Positions 59,523 through 64,000 of a stretch of DNA of 64,000 nucleotides are shown here, in pieces. The stretch spans positions 1 through 64,000 of the forward strand of contig JBHLOI010000010.1 in assembly GCA_048940645.1 (NCBI GenBank), read 5' to 3'. Position 1 is the first letter of the stretch. Every line of letters begins with the position of its first letter. The stretch comes from Promethearchaeota archaeon (GTDB lineage: Archaea > Asgardarchaeota > Lokiarchaeia > Sigyniarchaeales > SOKP01). Under the pieces are notes generated by a model. That model searched no databases. It was given only the letters and a program-made list of their open reading frames with translations, and was not told where the DNA came from. A program made the translations under genes and the position numbers.

Positions 59523-60788
59523 ATGAAGATACAGAAAGGATATTCAAAAAAAATTGCAGATAATTTAACGCTACGCATAGCTGTTGGTAACATAGATGAG
59601 TTGCAAAGATTTATTTCATTTAATGATGCTGTACATCAAGAAGAATCATTAGAAAAATATATTAATCGTTTATTTTTAGAGCATCCCGAGAGAGATGAAA
59701 TTTATTGGATTTATATAGAAGAAAATAATTCTAAAAAATTAATTTCTTCTATTACACTGGCGCCCTTAGTATGGGACTTCGATAGAACCTCAATCCCAAT
59801 TTGTGAGATGGGTTTGGTAGGCACTTTAGCAGGATATAGAAATAAAGGATTGATGGGAATCTTAAATCAATTATATGAAAATATTATGGAACAAAAAGGA
59901 TATTTGATTTCTGCAATTAGAGGAATACCATATTACTACCGAAGATTTGGATATGAATTTGCTTTAAATCTTGATGAACGGATAATATTAAATAAAAGTC
60001 AAATCCCATTAAAAGAAATTGAAGAAATTTCTTTTAGAAAAGCCACTAAACTAGATTTAAACTTCATTAAATCGATTTATAATAAGCAAAGTGAAAGATT
60101 TTTTATTACCAATAAATTTAATCAAAATAATTTCTATTATAAGTTCATGAACATAGATTTTGATAACAATTTTTCAAGTACATATCTTATTGAGGTAAAC
60201 GGTAGATTAAAGTCTTTTTTTTCACTTGGTATGTCTTATGATAACGTTGGCTATTCACTTGTGGTTCCGGAAGTTAATGAGAAATGCATGTTCAAGATTA
60301 TACAATTCATTAATAACCTAAATAAAGAAAAGGATCAAATTGTTTTTCAAGTAAATTCCAATACTAAATTTTCTCAGTATATATTTTCAATAGGAGGAAA
60401 GAAAAGTTTAGGTTATGGATGGCAAATTAGAATCCCAAATATCAAAAAATTTTTACATGCGATTAGTCTAGTATTAGAACAAAGAATTGAAAGATCTTCT
60501 TATAAAGGATTAACTCAAGATGTAGTAATTAGTAATTATAAAGAAATTTTTACTTTAATTTTTAAAAACGGGAAAATTGAAGCTATTAAGGTAAAAAAGG
60601 GTTATCCCATCCCAGGAAGTTGTGATGTCCAGATACCGAACTCATTTCTAATAAAATTACTTCTTTCAGATAGATCCTTTGAAGAAATTAAATATATAGT
60701 CAGAGATTCAATGTTAAGATCAGGATCAGAAGAATTGATCAAAATTCTATTTCCAAAAAAACTTTCTATTCCTGATACATATTATTAA
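59523..60788 (+). CDS. Eis-like GNAT acetyltransferase
   Basis: VGTLAGYRNKGLMG, GIPYYYRRFGYE and an SCP2-like C-terminus. Confidence 0.85.
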   Translation: MKIQKGYSKKIADNLTLRIAVGNIDELQRFISFNDAVHQEESLEKYINRLFLEHPERDEIYWIYIEENNSKKLISSITLAPLVWDFDRTSIPICEMGLVGTLAGYRNKGLMGILNQLYENIMEQKGYLISAIRGIPYYYRRFGYEFALNLDERIILNKSQIPLKEIEEISFRKATKLDLNFIKSIYNKQSERFFITNKFNQNNFYYKFMNIDFDNNFSSTYLIEVNGRLKSFFSLGMSYDNVGYSLVVPEVNEKCMFKIIQFINNLNKEKDQIVFQVNSNTKFSQYIFSIGGKKSLGYGWQIRIPNIKKFLHAISLVLEQRIERSSYKGLTQDVVISNYKEIFTLIFKNGKIEAIKVKKGYPIPGSCDVQIPNSFLIKLLLSDRSFEEIKYIVRDSMLRSGSEELIKILFPKKLSIPDTYY

Positions 60789-60816
60789 TTTTTATTTTAA
60801 AAAAAGGAAGAATCAA

Positions 60817-61083
60817 TTAAAATTTTAAATAATTTATTAATATGGCTGTTCTAGAATATTTTAATGCCTCTCTAGATTGACCAGATGTATTTAATGCAGT
60901 ATTCCATTGATCTAATGCATCATTTATGGAATTTAATATTCCAATCGACTCATTTTCAGTAGTAATTTGCACTTCTCCTACAACAAAAATTCCATTATCA
61001 TCAATTATGAATGATTCATTCATAGTGCTCCCTGAATCAAAAGTTTTAGCAATAATATTCTTTACCATATTTTTACAATTCAT
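60817..61083 (-). CDS. Hypothetical protein (possibly a fragment)
   Basis: 88-aa ORF with no recognised motif. Confidence 0.4.
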   Translation of the reverse strand: MNCKNMVKNIIAKTFDSGSTMNESFIIDDNGIFVVGEVQITTENESIGILNSINDALDQWNTALNTSGQSREALKYSRTAILINYLKF

Positions 61084-61251
61084 AATAATTAAATCTTAAG
61101 AGATATTACCATTTCTCTTTTGAAAGATATAAAAGATTCTTACAAATGACCATTGAAAATAAAAAATTTATAAAAGTATGTATCTTATTTGTTTTCTAGA
61201 ATAATTATTCATATTTAACAAGAATTTAAAAAAAATCCCAGGTAAAAAGGA

Positions 61252-61560
61252 ATGAATGAATTAGAAAAGAATTATACTGTTTTTGAAATTAATGATGAAC
61301 TAGAAGATTTTCAACAATTAGATTTAGTTGAAGGACCATTATATAAGGTCTTAAAACCGGATTCTATATTTTTGTTCCTTGACCCAAACAACAAACAAAT
61401 TTGGCTCTGGCATGGACGTCATGCTGGAGTTAGAAAAAAGTTTATGGCGACTCAATCTGCCCCTAAAATTAGAGATAACTATGGAGTAGATTATAAAATT
61501 ACAGCTGTGGATGATGGTAATGAAGATTTGGCTTTTAAAGTGTTTTTAGGTTTGGATTAA
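61252..61560 (+). CDS. Single-domain gelsolin-like protein
   Basis: LKPDSIFLFLD...IWLWHG...VRKKFMA...VDDGNEDLAF, the gelsolin core pattern. Confidence 0.8.
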   Translation: MNELEKNYTVFEINDELEDFQQLDLVEGPLYKVLKPDSIFLFLDPNNKQIWLWHGRHAGVRKKFMATQSAPKIRDNYGVDYKITAVDDGNEDLAFKVFLGLD

Positions 61561-61701
61561 ATAAATATTTTAGTAAATCTAAAATTTTAAGAAAAAAACA
61601 TGATATATCTGTAATAAAATAAAGACAATAACTTTTTCCAGTGAAATAAATCTACATCTAACATTGATTGATTAATAATCATGTTTATTATTTTTGCATA
61701 A

Positions 61702-61727
61702 ATGTGATGAGAGTTCCATCATCACAT
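61702..61727. promoter_or_regulatory. Perfect 9-bp inverted repeat (operator or hairpin)
   Basis: ATGTGATGA-GAGTTCCA-TCATCACAT. Confidence 0.45.
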
Positions 61728-61789
61728 AAATTACAAATTATATTGAAATTTTTAAATGCATAGTTTTTATTTAGTTTAGGTGGTATAAG

Positions 61790-62056
61790 ATGCAAAATAA
61801 AGATATTATTTTTGAATCAACAAAAAAAGCATTAGTCAATTTTGAAAACATAAAAGAATGTATTCAAGCTTTATATGAGATTTTTAAAATTGCTCTACCT
61901 AATAATAATATTTACCATCAGATGGGTCAAGATAATATTGAAGCATTATATCAAAATTTTATTGAGCTTTTGGTTAATGAACTTGGTACAAAGGAATTTA
62001 TGAAAAAAGTTAAAAGTGCTGAAATTGACTTAGAAATGCCACTTGAGAAATTCTAA
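61790..62056 (+). CDS. Hypothetical helical protein (paralog of 12272..12580)
   Basis: SD GGTGG and a shared YxQxGxDNxxAL motif. Confidence 0.75.
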   Translation: MQNKDIIFESTKKALVNFENIKECIQALYEIFKIALPNNNIYHQMGQDNIEALYQNFIELLVNELGTKEFMKKVKSAEIDLEMPLEKF

Positions 62057-62061
62057 TTTTT

Positions 62062-62688
62062 TTACTTTAATATCTTTCCTGTTTCTAAAAACCATAAATA
62101 GAGGTCTAATTCAGCTAAATTAAGATTGAGTTTGTCACCTAAATTCTTTAAGATATTTTCAATTTCCAAATATTTTCTTTTAGTAAGGGTTTTTGGCCTT
62201 TCAATTAATCCATGCGTAACCAATAAATCAATAATATGAAAGTCTATTATTGCATAATTAGGAAAACCAATATTTCTTAAGAAATGACTTGCTTCTTTAT
62301 AACCGATTCCTTTAATATTCCTTACAATCCATTCTCTTAAATTATTATTATTTAATTCAGATTCAATCTTATTTTTTAATTCAAGTTTAGATTTCCTAGC
62401 TTCTATAATAAATTTTGATCTAATATTAGGGAAGCGATAACCATATTCCTTAAATTTCTCCGTCAATTTCAATTCAGTCAAAGTATTAAATTTATCTCCA
62501 ATTTTTTCATGAATTTCAATACATTTTTCAGCACCACAATTAGCAGTCATAATACAGAAACATAATTCCCTAAATATATCACTTCCACCCAGATTTTTAA
62601 TCTTTGAAAATTCATTGATTCTGATATCAATTATCTCCGATATCTCAGAACCTTTAAGCGCCTCAATTGATTCTATTAGATCATTCAT
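62062..62688 (-). CDS. ogg: 8-oxoguanine N-glycosylase/DNA lyase (Ogg2 family)
   Basis: ELCFCIMTAN, YRFPNIR, KGIGYKEASHFLRNIG, IIDFHI and DLYLWFLETGKILK. Confidence 0.94.
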   Translation of the reverse strand: MNDLIESIEALKGSEISEIIDIRINEFSKIKNLGGSDIFRELCFCIMTANCGAEKCIEIHEKIGDKFNTLTELKLTEKFKEYGYRFPNIRSKFIIEARKSKLELKNKIESELNNNNLREWIVRNIKGIGYKEASHFLRNIGFPNYAIIDFHIIDLLVTHGLIERPKTLTKRKYLEIENILKNLGDKLNLNLAELDLYLWFLETGKILK

Positions 62689-62962
62689 AAATATATAAGT
62701 ATTATAATAGGTTCTTTAAAATATCAACTCTTTATATTAATAAGTAAACATTTTAACTCTTTTTCCCGTAAAATAATATCTAAATATTATATTAGATAAT
62801 TAGATAGGTCAAAAAATCCATCATTTGACTTTTGTCATATTCCAAAAAATATGTAAAATAGGCAAAGTTCGAAATATAAGCACAAAATACTGAATTTCTG
62901 AACTAATTTAAAAATTTTATCTAAGGTTATATAATAAAAAATAAAGATTTAAAGAAGTAAAT

Positions 62963-63280
62963 ATGCCTGCTGCTAACGACGAATTCGAATTAGAATATTA
63001 TACAAAAATTATCAATTTTTTTAAGAGCCAACCTTCCAACAAGGAATCTATCGAAATTTGGAAAAGCAAATCTTTTATTGAGTTAATGAAAGTATTAGAA
63101 AGAACAAAAAATAAAGAACTAGTTCAAAATGCTATAATCCTTATTATATCTTTATTTGAGCAATTACCTCCAGATTTGTATGCTAATAGAGGTATGAATG
63201 TAAATTTAATTAAAAAAAAGGATAAAAAATCATATTTATCAGTCCTTAAGTCAGAATTCATTGATGAAATCCCTAACTAA
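62963..63280 (+). CDS. Hypothetical protein
   Basis: 105-aa ATG ORF, helical. Confidence 0.7.
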   Translation: MPAANDEFELEYYTKIINFFKSQPSNKESIEIWKSKSFIELMKVLERTKNKELVQNAIILIISLFEQLPPDLYANRGMNVNLIKKKDKKSYLSVLKSEFIDEIPN

Positions 63281-63437
63281 TGAAAACCTCAATTGATTTT
63301 TAAATTAATTAATAACTTATTTTAAATGGTTTATTAGTCTTTACAGATGGTCTTTTAATATCTATAAACATAGATTTATTAAAAAATTCTTTCATGTATT
63401 TTTTATATTTATCTGCTTTAAATAACAGGGGTTTATT

Positions 63438-64000
63438 ATGTATAGACAATTTAAGAGAAAAAATTTTAATCAAGGCAGACTTTTTGGTAAAATTTCATTA
63501 TTAGGCTTAATAACACTGGGATTACTTTTATCAATTAATCCGAATATAAAGGTAAATAATAATAATAATTTAAATGCTTTAAATGAAATCTTTAGACTTG
63601 CGGATGATAATTTAAACTTGATTGAAGGAAAATTAAACCCTTTAAATATCACAGATTATGGGAATTTATACAATAAAAGTCAAAGCGTTTCACTAACCAA
63701 TCAAGAAGAGATCAATTTAAATTATTATTTAGATGATAGCCATGGGTGGAAAGTATCAGAAATTAGTGGAAGTGTGAGCAATATCCAAGATACAAGGGAT
63801 TGGGTTACTGGAAAAGACTTTTATGAGCTTGATACGCCTTATAGAAAATATCAAGCATTTGCAAATATTGATCCTCCCGGATTTCCAGATCATAATTATA
63901 GTGCAGATTTAGATCATGATCCAATAAATCCTTCAAATATTCATAGTACCATAAATGAACCTGGAGCCAGTGCCATTCGCCTACATTTCTCAAGAATTGA
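63438..64000 (+). CDS. Secreted/surface protein with CUB-like domain (partial, runs off window)
   Basis: Not in the track. MYRQFKRKNFNQGRLFGKISLLGLITLGLLLSIN... stays open to the edge and ends HNYSADLD...TINEPGASAIRLHFSRI. Confidence 0.75.
   Translation, partial: MYRQFKRKNFNQGRLFGKISLLGLITLGLLLSINPNIKVNNNNNLNALNEIFRLADDNLNLIEGKLNPLNITDYGNLYNKSQSVSLTNQEEINLNYYLDDSHGWKVSEISGSVSNIQDTRDWVTGKDFYELDTPYRKYQAFANIDPPGFPDHNYSADLDHDPINPSNIHSTINEPGASAIRLHFSRI

Noticed and set aside
61704-61760. GTGATGA as a box C of a C/D sRNA
   Set aside because: No CTGA D box at a suitable distance on either strand.

Overview
Very AT-rich archaeal DNA, most likely an Asgard archaeon of the Lokiarchaeia. This is inferred from fwdA, a Sec-type VhuU, a single-domain gelsolin, an IPGF-type C-terminal sorting signal, a HEAT-LRR protein and a longin/uDENN-like protein. 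The backbone is an H2/heterodisulfide energy island: hypF, hypDE, hypC, a Cys-type hdrCBA-mvhD-polyferredoxin operon, an orphan mvhG, and vhuG-vhuA-vhuU(Sec)-hdrC-hdrB. It also carries two purF genes, mobA, cooC, an ADP-forming acyl-CoA synthetase and ogg. Three things stand out. (1) A cytochrome c maturation locus (ccmF, ccmAB, ccmC, an unannotated ccmD-like gene and a Tyr-less ccmE) is interleaved with three paralogous secreted proteins. All three carry HxxCH instead of CxxCH: one is fused to a 4-TM His-bearing domain, one sits on an 8-repeat stalk and one has a short sorting anchor. This is a candidate single-thioether surface heme system. (2) Two unannotated, tandemly duplicated, ATT-initiated membrane-anchored peptides lie directly upstream of an RRE-radical SAM-SPASM maturase, a candidate new RiPP. 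(3) An unannotated selenoprotein VhuU has a SECIS-like hairpin overlapping its own stop codon. Several genes (mvhD, mobA, both peptides) require non-canonical start codons. No rRNA, tRNA, CRISPR array or transposase was recognised. All calls come from reading motifs by eye; no searches were run.
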